From positions 864,001-928,000 of the forward strand of contig OZ219918.1 of NCBI GenBank assembly GCA_964291415.2: DNA of 64,000 bases, read 5' to 3'. The notes under the pieces were generated by a model that was not told where the DNA came from, ran no database searches, and was given only the letters and a program-made list of their open reading frames with translations. Below are positions 40,121 to 49,855 of the stretch, piece after piece (position 1 is the first letter of the stretch; each line of letters begins with the position of its first letter). This DNA is from Alphaproteobacteria bacterium. GTDB lineage: Bacteria > Pseudomonadota > Alphaproteobacteria > SP197. The translations under genes were made by a program, and so were the position numbers.

Positions 40121-41671
40121 TCAGTCGTTCTTGCTGCTTCCCTGCACGATCCTGTCAATCACCATGGCACACAGTAGAATGGCCAGCCCGGCCAGAAGAC
40201 CATCGCCGACAGCGGCGTACTGAAGCGCCGTCAGGACATCGCCGCCAAGACCCTTGGCACCGATGAGGGAGGCAATAACCACCATGGAGAGACACATTAG
40301 AATGGTCTGGTTGATGCCAGTCATGATCGATGGAAGCGCCAGAGGCAGATCGACCTTGAAGAGGAGGAACCAGCGGGTCGCCCCATAGGCGAGCGCCGCT
40401 TCCCGCACGGAGTGGGGGACGCCCTGCAGGCCGAGTGCCGTCAGCCGCACCACTGGAGGAATGCCGAACATCAGAGTCGCCACGATGCCCGCAGGCTTGC
40501 CGATTCCGAAGAGGGCGATTACCGGGATGAGGTAAACGAAGGCGGGCATGGTCTGCATGAAGTCAAGAATGGGCCGGACAAGACCATAGAACTTCGCGTT
40601 GCGGCCGCAGACGATGCCGAGCGGGATGCCGAACAGGATGCACAGAAAGGCTGCGGTGCCGAGCAGGGCCACGGTGGCCATGCTTTCCTCCCAGAAGCCA
40701 AGGACGGCAAGGTACGCCAGTGCGGACCCCGTCATGATGGCCACCCGCCAGCCGGCGAGCTGTCTGGCAAGAACGAGAATGACGATCATGATGATGGGCC
40801 AGGGTGTCTCGACCAGGGTCAGTTCGAGTCCATCCAGGACAATTCGGATGGTACGCGTGATGCCGAAGAAGGCTGTTTCGAAGGTCTCGGCGAACCACTC
40901 CATCGTGTTGTCGAGCCAGCGGGCGCTGTCGACCCGCAGGGCGTTGCCAGCCGGGACACGGGAAAGCCAGTCGGGCGCCTCGGGAGACGAGAAGCGGTAG
41001 ACGATCATCGGATAGGCGATGAGAACGAGAAGACCGGCCGCGGCACCCCGCAGACGATTGAATGTGCCGTCGACCGACCTGTCCGATCGCCAGCGTACAA
41101 AGCGGCGCTCGAGAAACAGATTGGCCAGGGTGCCCTCGGCGACCTTCACGAATAGAAGGAGACCAAGTCCAACCACCAGGTGGAATGGCGCCCCAGCTGC
41201 TGCGGCAAGGGCGAACTGCTCTGCCTTGTCCGCTGCAGCCGCGATGGACTCGGCTGACTCCAGAAGCTTATCGGCGTGACTGGCTCCTTCGGCAAGTGCC
41301 AGTTCGGCGTCCGTAAAGCGTTGAGCGGCCTGTTCGCGCAACCGGCTGGCGCGAGCGGCCTCTTCGTAACCCAGGTTGCCGAATAGCCCAAAGCCAACCT
41401 GAACGAGGGCCACCATCTCGGCAAAGAACGACACCCAGAAGGGACCGGAGAGACCCCGTGCTCCCATCCATACCGGCCCCAGCAACGCGGCAGCCCAGTT
41501 GAACGACCAGACAAAGGCTCTGGAACGTTCGATCTTGTCGAACTCCAGGCCAAAGTAGGCGCCACTGCTGCCGGCAAACTCGCGGGCCAGATCTTGCAGT
41601 GATTCGTCGCGTGACGCCGAAGTCCTTACCTCGGCCGTGCTGTGGTCGTGCGTCTCTTGGGCCATGATCAT
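40121..41671 (-). CDS. ProW-like ABC permease with N-terminal extension
   Basis: FNWAAALLGPVW extension; LDFMQTMPAFVYLIP, EAALAYG, GINQ. Confidence 0.88.
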   Translation of the reverse strand: MIMAQETHDHSTAEVRTSASRDESLQDLAREFAGSSGAYFGLEFDKIERSRAFVWSFNWAAALLGPVWMGARGLSGPFWVSFFAEMVALVQVGFGLFGNLGYEEAARASRLREQAAQRFTDAELALAEGASHADKLLESAESIAAAADKAEQFALAAAAGAPFHLVVGLGLLLFVKVAEGTLANLFLERRFVRWRSDRSVDGTFNRLRGAAAGLLVLIAYPMIVYRFSSPEAPDWLSRVPAGNALRVDSARWLDNTMEWFAETFETAFFGITRTIRIVLDGLELTLVETPWPIIMIVILVLARQLAGWRVAIMTGSALAYLAVLGFWEESMATVALLGTAAFLCILFGIPLGIVCGRNAKFYGLVRPILDFMQTMPAFVYLIPVIALFGIGKPAGIVATLMFGIPPVVRLTALGLQGVPHSVREAALAYGATRWFLLFKVDLPLALPSIMTGINQTILMCLSMVVIASLIGAKGLGGDVLTALQYAAVGDGLLAGLAILLCAMVIDRIVQGSSKND

Positions 41672-42726
41672 GCGTTTCCCTTGATGCCCCGCAACAACGT
41701 GCGTTTGTCGATGATGCCGACCGGAATGGCATTTCCATCCGTCACGAGGATGGGCTGATCCGTTTCAGCCGCAACATCGATGATCTCCGAGAGCAGACTG
41801 TCGCTGACCACCTTCGGGAGGTCTCCGACATCGGGACGGGTTCCGGTGCGGGATGCAAATGCGTCGATCGGTTCCATGAGCGATCGGGCATGGAGCAGAT
41901 TGAGGCGCGAAATGTGGGCCACGAAGTCGGCGACATAGTCGTCCTTCGGGTTGGTGACGATCTCTTCCGCCCGACCCGTCTGCACAATCTGGCCATCCTT
42001 CATGATGGCAATCCTGTTTCCGATTCTTATGGCTTCATCGAGATCATGCGTGATGAACACCGTGGTCTTTCCCAGGCGTCGGGACAGTTCCATGAAATCG
42101 CTCTGCAGCTGGCGGCGGATGAGGGGATCAAGCGCGCTGAAGGGTTCATCCATCAGCAGGATAACCGGGTCGGCTGCAACCGCGCGGGCAAGCCCGACAC
42201 GCTGCTGCATGCCACCGGATAGCTCGTTGCAGTATCGGTCGCCCCAGCCGTCAAGCCCAACCATGGCGAGAGCCTGTTCGGCGACGCCGTAACGCCGGTG
42301 CTTGGTCACGCCCTGGATCTCCATGGGTAGAGCGACATTGTCTCGCACCGTGCGGTGGGGAAGCAGGGCAAAGTTCTGAAACACCATGCCGATCTTGCGC
42401 GATCGCAGTTCGCGCAGTTCGGCCGGTGTCTTGGTCATGACGTCCTCGCCATCGACAATGACCTCTCCGCTGGTGGGCTCGAGAAGCCGGTTTATGTGGC
42501 GAACCAGTGTCGACTTGCCACTGCCCGAGAGGCCCATGACGCAGAAGATTTCGCCACGGCTGACGGTGATGTTGGCGTCGGCAACCCCGACGACACAGCC
42601 AAACTGGTCGAGAACCTGGTCCTTTGTGAGGCCGTGTTCACGAATGGCGCGCAACGCCGTTTGGGCGTTGTCCCCGAAGATCTTGTAGACATGACGGAGA
42701 ACGATGGCGTCGTTCGGATCAGCCAA
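41668..42726 (-). CDS. ProV-like betaine ABC ATPase
   Basis: MGLSGSGKST, LSGGMQQRVG, LMDEPFSALDPLIR, ITHD. Confidence 0.92.
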   Translation of the reverse strand: MADPNDAIVLRHVYKIFGDNAQTALRAIREHGLTKDQVLDQFGCVVGVADANITVSRGEIFCVMGLSGSGKSTLVRHINRLLEPTSGEVIVDGEDVMTKTPAELRELRSRKIGMVFQNFALLPHRTVRDNVALPMEIQGVTKHRRYGVAEQALAMVGLDGWGDRYCNELSGGMQQRVGLARAVAADPVILLMDEPFSALDPLIRRQLQSDFMELSRRLGKTTVFITHDLDEAIRIGNRIAIMKDGQIVQTGRAEEIVTNPKDDYVADFVAHISRLNLLHARSLMEPIDAFASRTGTRPDVGDLPKVVSDSLLSEIIDVAAETDQPILVTDGNAIPVGIIDKRTLLRGIKGNA

Positions 42727-42822
42727 GGGTCAGTGCCTCCGCGGCTGAAGCGGACGTGACAGCGTCAAACCGGCTGCCGGGTTGAATGGATACCGCAGGG
42801 AGCGGATTGTTGCCTCCGCCCC

Positions 42823-42848
42823 GGGGCCGGCCGCTATCGACCGGCCCC
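42823..42848. terminator. GC hairpin after the second SBP gene
   Basis: GGGGCCGG-N10-CCGGCCCC just downstream of the stop at 42862. Confidence 0.45.
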
Positions 42849-42861
42849 TGTCAGGCTGATG

Positions 42862-43824
42862 TCACTGGCCGACCCAGGACTGGACGGACTCGGAGTTGGC
42901 CTCGACCCATTCGCTGGCGATTTCCACAGGGTCGCGCTCATTGACGATGAGTTCGTAGGCAAAGGCATTGATGTCGTCCGCGCTGAGCTGGATGTTCTGC
43001 AGCAGTTGCACGAGCGCGGGTTGCCTTTCTTCGAGAGCCGCCACGTAACCGATGCGGATCGTGGTTTCCGGGTAGGCCGAAGACACCGAGGAAAGATTGT
43101 ACCAGTCGGGATCGGCGTTCGGCTGCACCATGACGAACTTGTCCGGATCATGGGCTGGTTCGTCGAGCAGGGAAAGATTGTAAAGGGTGAAGTTGTGATG
43201 GGGTCCGTAGCAATAGCCGACCCAGGCCCTGTCCGCTTTGAATGCGCGATCAAGGCTCGCTGTGGCGACCGACTCTTCCGCGGCCTGCAATTCGAAGAAC
43301 TCCTCGATCCCGTAGTCGCGGGCCCTGATTCTCTCGATGTTGGTGCTTTGCCAGCCCTCCGAGCCGATCCAGATTTCGCCCATGCCGTCGCCATTGGAAT
43401 CAAACAGCAAGGCGTTGTCCGGGTTCGACAGGTCAAATACCGACGTGATTCCCTGCTCGATGGCGGCCGGGGTCACACAGTATCCCTGCACGCCCATCCA
43501 GGGACGTTCGGAGAGGACGACAGAGCCCTTTTCGTCGACATATGACGCAACCAGCCCGCCCTGGTTTGGCATCCAGACCTCCGTATGGATATCGACTTCG
43601 CCGTCCGCGCGGTCCAGCGCCTCCCAGAGAACCGGAACGGCAAGCGGTGGGGCCAGTTCGACATTCAATCCCAGGGCGTGATCAGCTATGGCGCTGACCA
43701 GGAACGCGGAAGCGCGGCCACCGGGAAAGTTCCAGTCGACAACCTTGGCGTCCTGCGCCGCTGCCGAACCCACCAGGCTGGCTACCACGATTCCCGCGAG
43801 TGTGGATTTGGAAATTCTTGACAT
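42862..43824 (-). CDS. Betaine-type ABC substrate-binding protein 2
   Basis: Signal peptide, GEVDIHTEVWMPNQ, FDSNGDGMGEIWIG..GW; GGAGGG RBS; upstream of ProV and ProW-like genes. Confidence 0.85.
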   Translation of the reverse strand: MSRISKSTLAGIVVASLVGSAAAQDAKVVDWNFPGGRASAFLVSAIADHALGLNVELAPPLAVPVLWEALDRADGEVDIHTEVWMPNQGGLVASYVDEKGSVVLSERPWMGVQGYCVTPAAIEQGITSVFDLSNPDNALLFDSNGDGMGEIWIGSEGWQSTNIERIRARDYGIEEFFELQAAEESVATASLDRAFKADRAWVGYCYGPHHNFTLYNLSLLDEPAHDPDKFVMVQPNADPDWYNLSSVSSAYPETTIRIGYVAALEERQPALVQLLQNIQLSADDINAFAYELIVNERDPVEIASEWVEANSESVQSWVGQ

Positions 43825-43886
43825 GCATCCCTCCTTGCGTGGCGGGCGTGCCGATCAAGATTGTCGGACCAACCGCCCGATCATTT

Positions 43887-43920
43887 GCACCGTGATCGAT
43901 CTTGCATTCGATCACGGTGC
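43887..43920. promoter_or_regulatory. Inverted repeat upstream of the SBP 2 gene
   Basis: 13-bp perfect arms GCACCGTGATCGA-N8-TCGATCACGGTGC. Confidence 0.55.
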
Positions 43921-44008
43921 GGCCCCCTTGTTGAACGACGGGAACCTTGTTGCCTGAAACCGTGCATGAGATGGGCGGTGTTTGCAACCGGGGACGAAGC
44001 CTGTTGGT

Positions 44009-44320
44009 TCAGCACTTCACCACCGTGCCGATCACGTTGTCGACGACAATGGGTGTATCGAAGAACCGTATGTCCGGTTCGGCGCCGTACACCTCCCGCG
44101 CCTGTTCACGAAATGCCGGACCATGCCACTTCTCTGCTGCCTCCCTGGTCTTCCACAGGTAGACACCGCCGACCAAGCCGCTCTCGATGTCGAGCAGGTA
44201 GTTCTTTCTGATCAGGTCCGGATTGTCGGCCCAGATCCGGGTGGAGGCGTTGAAGCGCTCCAGGATATCCTCACGTGTCAGGAAACCCGGCAGGCGCAGA
44301 GTGACGATTTCGGTGATCAT
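44009..44320 (-). CDS. YdhR-like putative mono-oxygenase (small alpha/beta barrel)
   Basis: PDLIRKNYL, GGVYLWKTREAA, FDTPIVVDN; ATGA overlap with the hydrolase. Confidence 0.75.
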   Translation of the reverse strand: MITEIVTLRLPGFLTREDILERFNASTRIWADNPDLIRKNYLLDIESGLVGGVYLWKTREAAEKWHGPAFREQAREVYGAEPDIRFFDTPIVVDNVIGTVVKC

Positions 44321-45159
44321 GGATACCGCTCCCGCTGAATCTGCTCTGCCGAAGGTTCGAACACCGTGCCCAGAAACCCGAGAATCTCTGCATTCGCTCG
44401 CCTGGCATCGAGAACGGGCATCATGTGATGTTGTCCGGGCATGATGACGAGCCTGGAGACGGGGATTTCGGCTGCCATCCGGCGAGCCATGTCCGGTGTC
44501 GAGCCGTCGTCGTCCTCGCCGGTCATGATGAGAGCGGGGCAGGAGACGGCGCCAAGCCGTCCCACGATCTCCGGCCCGGAGGAGACAAAGACGCGATGGG
44601 CCTTGCACTTTGCCGTGAAGTTGCCGTCGAGGATCCATCCCAGAATCTCCCCGACAAGTTCCGGCCGTTCCGCATGATCTGCCGTGGTGAACCAACGCTC
44701 GCGTCCCGACTCGATGGCGTGTTCGGCGCCTATGGCACAATTCTGCTCGTAGCGATGTCTCACGCGCGCTGCCTGTTGCGGTGTGCGATCGTAAACGGTG
44801 TTCAGCAGCATCAGGCCGCACAACTCGGCGTGATGACCGATCGCATAGGCCTGGGCAATCAGGCCTCCCATGGAAAATCCGCCAAGAACGGGCCGACCGT
44901 CGCCGCAAACCATGGTGACCACGTCGCGTATCTGGGCGACAAAGTCCTCGAGTGATCGCCGTCCGGCAGGATCCGGCGCGTCACCGTGTCCCCACATGTC
45001 GAAGCAGCAGACGCGGTAGTGCTCCGCCAGTGCTTCGACCTGGGAATCCCACATCCGGTGATCCATCAGGACGCCATGCGCCAGGATGACTGTAGGACCG
45101 CGACCGCTTGTCCAAACAGGCGTTCCGTTGGGTGTCGTGCGTCGTGTCTGTGCGGGCAT
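44317..45159 (-). CDS. Alpha/beta hydrolase (PcaD-like)
   Basis: HGV, DMWGHG, GFSMGG, GEDD, HM catalytic His region. Confidence 0.85.
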   Translation of the reverse strand: MPAQTRRTTPNGTPVWTSGRGPTVILAHGVLMDHRMWDSQVEALAEHYRVCCFDMWGHGDAPDPAGRRSLEDFVAQIRDVVTMVCGDGRPVLGGFSMGGLIAQAYAIGHHAELCGLMLLNTVYDRTPQQAARVRHRYEQNCAIGAEHAIESGRERWFTTADHAERPELVGEILGWILDGNFTAKCKAHRVFVSSGPEIVGRLGAVSCPALIMTGEDDDGSTPDMARRMAAEIPVSRLVIMPGQHHMMPVLDARRANAEILGFLGTVFEPSAEQIQRERYP

Positions 45160-45168
45160 CAGGTCGGC

Positions 45169-46848
45169 TCACTGCTGCAGGCGGTGGGTGAAGGAGTCCC
45201 GCCGGAACAGCGTCATGATGTCGGGATCCACCTTGACGTGGATGATGACCGGCGTATCGGCGCGCAGGGCCTCGCTCAGTGCATCGGCCACACTTCCCGG
45301 TTCCTCACAGTAGAAACCGGTCGCGCCATACAGTCTGGCAAACTCGTCATAGCGGGGGTTGAGCGTGTCGCAACCGATGTAGCGTCCCTGATAGTAACTG
45401 CGCTGATAGGCTTTCTCCGCGCCCCAGCAACCGTTGTCCATGACCACGGTGATGGTCCTGATTCCGGACTGAACCGCAGTCGAGAACTCCCCCAGGACCA
45501 TGCCGAAACCGCCATCTCCATGAAGGGAGATCACCGGACGCCCGGGGCTCGCACACTTGGCGCCAAGCCCACAGGGGAACGAGAACCCGACCAGGCCGTA
45601 GTCCAGCGTGGTCAGCATGCTGGGCATGTCGCCGTTGTATCTGAGCTTGTCCGTGACCTGGAGGCAGAGCGTGCCGGCGTCAAGCGTGTAGAGGGCGTCT
45701 TCTGGCGCCGCCTGGCGCAACTCTGCGAAGAGGCGGTCGGGCTTGAGTGGCATGGACGTGTCGTTGCCCGCCTCCTCACGGTTTCGCCACAGCTCTTCAA
45801 TCTGTTTGCGGATTCCGTCTGTCCAGTCATGCCAGGGCACCTCGAAGCCAGCCATGGCCGCGGCCATCGCGGAGGCGGCGGAGCCCGCATCGCCAAGCAT
45901 TCCGATCTCGACGGGAAAGTGTCTGGCAAGGGCCGACGGGTCGATATCGACCTGGATGATCTTTGCGTCCGCATTGATGTCATTGTAGCCAAAGAAGGTG
46001 GTGTTGAAGGAAAGCCGAGTGCCGAGCGCCAGGATGACATCGGCGTTCCGGGTCGCTGAACTTGCCACCTCGTTGCCTCGTGGCCCGACCTGTCCGGCAT
46101 AGAGCTGGTGACGGCCGGGCACCACATCCGGGTGACCGGCTGACGCAACGACCGGAATCCGGCAGCGGTCCGACAGGTGGCAGACCGCATTGGAGCCATG
46201 TCCCCACTTGACACCGGCACCGGCGAGAATGACCGGTGAGCGGGCGGACCTGAGTACGTCGCAGGCACGTTCGACGGCGCTCGGATTGATGGTCCCGACT
46301 GGCGACCCCGCTTTGTAGTCCGGCGCCCTGATCCGGGCTTCCGTCTGGGCCGAGAACAGGTCACGGGGGATGTTGACCACTACAGGTCCCCGCCGGCCGG
46401 ATGTTGCGGACTGCAGTGCTTCCGTGATCGCCTCGCCGACCCGGTCGGGGTTCATGACGGTGATGGTGCGCTTGACCACGGGGGAGAACAGGCTGTGCTG
46501 GTCGACCTCCTGCATCGTGTCGCGATGAAAGTGGCTTGAGGTTACCAGTCCGGTGATTGCGACAACCGGAGAGTAGGCCAGCTTTGCCTGTGCGAGGCCG
46601 GTCACCATGTTGACGGAGCCGGGGCCGGCCTGGCCGGCCAGGAACACACCGGGCGTGCCCTTCACCCTGCCGAAACCGTCTGCCATGTGGACGCCGGATG
46701 CCTCGTGCCGGACACCGACGTAGGTGATGTCGTCCTGCACGTCATAGAGCGCGTCATACACCTCCATCGTTGTCGAACCGAGGAGGCCGAAAACATGCGA
46801 TACGCCGGCGCTACGCAACGCCTCCACAACAGCGGCTCCGCCATACAT
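45169..46848 (-). CDS. ThDP-dependent enzyme, Xsc (sulfoacetaldehyde acetyltransferase)-like paralogue
   Basis: RHEASGVHMADG, GQAGPG, QEVDQ, GDGGFGM...NGCWGAEK. Confidence 0.85.
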   Translation of the reverse strand: MYGGAAVVEALRSAGVSHVFGLLGSTTMEVYDALYDVQDDITYVGVRHEASGVHMADGFGRVKGTPGVFLAGQAGPGSVNMVTGLAQAKLAYSPVVAITGLVTSSHFHRDTMQEVDQHSLFSPVVKRTITVMNPDRVGEAITEALQSATSGRRGPVVVNIPRDLFSAQTEARIRAPDYKAGSPVGTINPSAVERACDVLRSARSPVILAGAGVKWGHGSNAVCHLSDRCRIPVVASAGHPDVVPGRHQLYAGQVGPRGNEVASSATRNADVILALGTRLSFNTTFFGYNDINADAKIIQVDIDPSALARHFPVEIGMLGDAGSAASAMAAAMAGFEVPWHDWTDGIRKQIEELWRNREEAGNDTSMPLKPDRLFAELRQAAPEDALYTLDAGTLCLQVTDKLRYNGDMPSMLTTLDYGLVGFSFPCGLGAKCASPGRPVISLHGDGGFGMVLGEFSTAVQSGIRTITVVMDNGCWGAEKAYQRSYYQGRYIGCDTLNPRYDEFARLYGATGFYCEEPGSVADALSEALRADTPVIIHVKVDPDIMTLFRRDSFTHRLQQ

Positions 46849-47215
46849 TCCCGTTGCTCCCCTGGTTCGACAACCGCGGTGATTTCGGACCTTCCAGCCC
46901 ATCCCGTGCCCACCGTCACGGGTGGCCGGGACCAAGGGAGTGTACGCGTCCCTGCGAGCTGCTGTCGATGAATCCAGCCGCGCAGGGACGTAGCCAGGTC
47001 CGGTCCTCAAGCCACCCATGAGCGTGGTGTCGAGGCCACGCGAAACACATCAAGCTCATTCGGCGGGTTGGCAGGCTCAGTCACCCTTCCGCTGCAGCGC
47101 CCATCGAGTTCGAGGACAGCGGATTGCTTGCGGCCCGGCACTCCGGTGTGGACCGCAGGGGCGACCTGACCTATTGATGGCGTCGTCACATGTCAGGATG
47201 TTGTGGAGTGAGGCG

Positions 47216-47602
47216 ATGGTCTGGACCGACGAGATGATCCGCCAACTGGAGGAGTTGTGGGCCAAGGGCACCAGCGCATCAGTCATAGGAAAGGAGCTTG
47301 GTGTTTCCAAGAACGCGGTGATCGGCAAGTCGCGCCGCCTCAAGCTGCCGGCGCGGCCATCGCCGATTGTCAGGGCAGGCGAGAAGAAGAAGCCGGTGAC
47401 CGGCACCACCCCGAAACAGCAGCAGCGCATCACCGACATCATCGAATTGACGGCACAACTGTGCCGCTGGCCGTTTGGCAATCCCGACGAGGATGACTTC
47501 TATTTCTGCGGCAAGGCCGTGGTTCCGGGCAAGCCCTACTGCCAGGAACACAGCGACATCGCCTATGTCGCCAAGTCTGGCTCGCGCGACCGCGCATCCT
47601 GA
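47216..47602 (+). CDS. gcrA: GcrA-family cell-cycle regulator (short form)
   Basis: WTDEMIRQLEELWAKG, SKNAVIGK, CRWPFGNP..FYFCG..PYCQEH. Confidence 0.88.
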   Translation: MVWTDEMIRQLEELWAKGTSASVIGKELGVSKNAVIGKSRRLKLPARPSPIVRAGEKKKPVTGTTPKQQQRITDIIELTAQLCRWPFGNPDEDDFYFCGKAVVPGKPYCQEHSDIAYVAKSGSRDRAS

Positions 47603-47620
47603 ACCGGTGTCTCGACGCGG

Positions 47621-48088
47621 TCAGTAGTCAATGGCCGTGATCTCGATTTCCCGCTGTCCCTTGGGCGTCGCGAAGGAGACGTCATCGCCCGATTCCCGTC
47701 CCATGAGGGCCCGCGCGATCGGGCTCCTGATGGAGATCAGCCCCATGTCGGTGTCGGCTTCATGCTCACCGACGATACGGTAGGTCACTTCGTCCCCCGT
47801 ATCGAGGTCGACCACCGTGACCCGGGCGCCGAAGGCGACCCTGTCCCGGGGTTGCCGGTCCGGGTTGATGACCTGTGCCTCGCCGAGGACACCTTCAAGC
47901 TGCCTGATGCGCGCTTCCACGAATCCCTGGCGGTCCTTGGCCGCGTGATACTCGGCATTTTCCTTGAGGTCGCCGTGTTCGCGCGCCGCCTCGATGGCCC
48001 GGGAGATGGCATGGCGCTCGCTGTTCTTGAGGCGCTTCAACTCAAGGGACAGGCGTTCAAAGCCCTCTTGTGTCATGGGGTGAGTCAC
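47621..48088 (-). CDS. greA: Transcription elongation factor GreA
   Basis: AREHGDLKENAEYHAAK, ISIRSPIARALMG. Confidence 0.95.
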   Translation of the reverse strand: MTHPMTQEGFERLSLELKRLKNSERHAISRAIEAAREHGDLKENAEYHAAKDRQGFVEARIRQLEGVLGEAQVINPDRQPRDRVAFGARVTVVDLDTGDEVTYRIVGEHEADTDMGLISIRSPIARALMGRESGDDVSFATPKGQREIEITAIDY

Positions 48089-48246
48089 CTTGGGCTCGCT
48101 CCTTTCGCGTCACTCCCGCCATGTGTCATGGCACCGGTCACAGTCCGGCGTCAACGCCTGGCGGACCACAAAAAAAGTGATCAACATCGCTGGCACTCCG
48201 GTCCATAATGTGCCGCCGCTTCGTCCAGCAGTCGGGAGGATGCCCG

Positions 48247-49752
48247 ATGGTACACCTCGTCAGCTTTGACCCCGGCGTCGAAGAACGTGTGCGCTTCATC
48301 GAGGAAACCCGTCCCGGCGACATCGTGGACAGGACACTCGACCGCCTCGAGGCCGGCGAGGATGCGCGTGATCTCGTGGCCGCTGCGGCCCTTGCGGTGT
48401 CGCGCTCGAGCGAGCTCCCAGCCGGACATCATGGCGGACCGATCCATCCCGTGGCAGGCATTCACGCCGTGCTGTCGATGATGGACCGGCTCGATGGCGG
48501 GGACAGTCGACTGCCGGCCATCCAGAGCGTAGCGCTGGCCTGCAAGCACATTCACCTGCCGTCCATGGGGCCGACAGCCATGGTGCGGTTCGACGATCTC
48601 AATCGGGACGTCAGTCCGGAGAGGATACTCGAACGGCTCGCGCACTCGGTCCGGGCCCATGAGAAGCGCCTTGCCGAACGGGCACTGACCCTTGCCTGCG
48701 AGACGGTGTCGCCTGGCCGCATTCTCGATTGCCTGCTGCCGGTGGCGCTCGAGCGCAACGTGCTTGACGATCACTACTTCCTCTACCTCGTCTACGCCAT
48801 GCGCGCCCTTGACGGTATCGGCTGGCAATGGGGGCCGGTGCTGTTGCGCCCGGTGGTCAGGTACCTGGCACGCCACGCTCCGTTCACCGGCTTCGGCGAG
48901 TTCGATCAGCAGGCGATCGACGATGGCATTGCCTTTCACAAGAGGCTCGGTGAACTCGATGCGCTGATGGACACGCATCACCTCACGCCGGAGACCGTGC
49001 CCCTGAAGACCGGTGAGTTCGAGACGGCGGCGATCGAAGAGTTCGCGGACAGGGTGGGTGCTGTTGCGTCGATTGCTGAGTTGCCCGGGATGGTCGCCGA
49101 GGCCATGGGGAGTGGTCTCTCACTGGAGGGAACCTGCGAAGCGCTCTCCATCGGCGGGGCCCGTATCTTCCTGCGTTCCCACACCGCCAATCCCTTCGAT
49201 GTCCACATCCACACCGGCATATCCGCCCGGCGCTACGTGATCGGATTTCCGGAGGTCTCTTTCCGCTCGAAGTGCCTGGCGCTTCTCGGTTGGGCGTGGA
49301 GTTACGAGATCCGTTATCTCGACTCCACCCTGACCTGGGACTGGAAGGGGAGCGAGCCTGCCGTCGTCGAACCAGCCAGGGTCCTGCTGGACCGGATCGA
49401 GGAGGCGATCCTCGCAATCGACGGCTACGACGTGACGAGGCTCGAGGTTCCGATCAATGAGCTGGTGGCCCAGGATGCGGTCCGCGACATCGTGGGTCTC
49501 GCTCGCGCCTATGTCCAGGCGGGGCACGATGCCGGGGATCTCTTCACCCTTGCGACGCGTCTGGCATGCCGAGAGGACGCCTCCGAAATGCATGGCTACA
49601 AGATCCAGCAGGCCGCCCTCGAGGAGTACCGGTTGTGCCGGGCGCCGCTGAACTGGGTCCATGCAGTCGCGGCCGTCAAGCAGTGCTCCGTGACGGCTCC
49701 GGTGAATCCGAAGAGGTTCTATCCACGGTACGCCAGTCGCCTGGCTGCCTGA
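48247..49752 (+). CDS. Uncharacterised helical protein with four spaced His motifs (possible questin-oxidase-like metalloenzyme)
   Basis: GGAGGA RBS, 501-aa ORF; motifs PIH67P, DDH176Y, DVH320I, MH449GYK452. Confidence 0.75.
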   Translation: MVHLVSFDPGVEERVRFIEETRPGDIVDRTLDRLEAGEDARDLVAAAALAVSRSSELPAGHHGGPIHPVAGIHAVLSMMDRLDGGDSRLPAIQSVALACKHIHLPSMGPTAMVRFDDLNRDVSPERILERLAHSVRAHEKRLAERALTLACETVSPGRILDCLLPVALERNVLDDHYFLYLVYAMRALDGIGWQWGPVLLRPVVRYLARHAPFTGFGEFDQQAIDDGIAFHKRLGELDALMDTHHLTPETVPLKTGEFETAAIEEFADRVGAVASIAELPGMVAEAMGSGLSLEGTCEALSIGGARIFLRSHTANPFDVHIHTGISARRYVIGFPEVSFRSKCLALLGWAWSYEIRYLDSTLTWDWKGSEPAVVEPARVLLDRIEEAILAIDGYDVTRLEVPINELVAQDAVRDIVGLARAYVQAGHDAGDLFTLATRLACREDASEMHGYKIQQAALEEYRLCRAPLNWVHAVAAVKQCSVTAPVNPKRFYPRYASRLAA

Positions 49753-49855
49753 CGGCCTCCCTTGCCGGCGGCGGCCGGGTCGCACGATGCCATGGCATAC
49801 AAGGCCGGCACTGTGATAGTAGTGCCAGCCCGCTTGAGGAACGGAGACAAGCCCG

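Noticed and set aside
47015-47046. Hammerhead-like pattern CCCATGA-GCGTGG-loop-CCACGC-GAAAC
   Set aside because: The core reads CCCAUGA rather than CUGANGA (invariant G missing), and no convincing stems I/III or cleavage triplet could be formed.
48160-48205. Attenuator-like T-run upstream of greA
   Set aside because: No strong GC hairpin immediately precedes the T-run on the greA strand.
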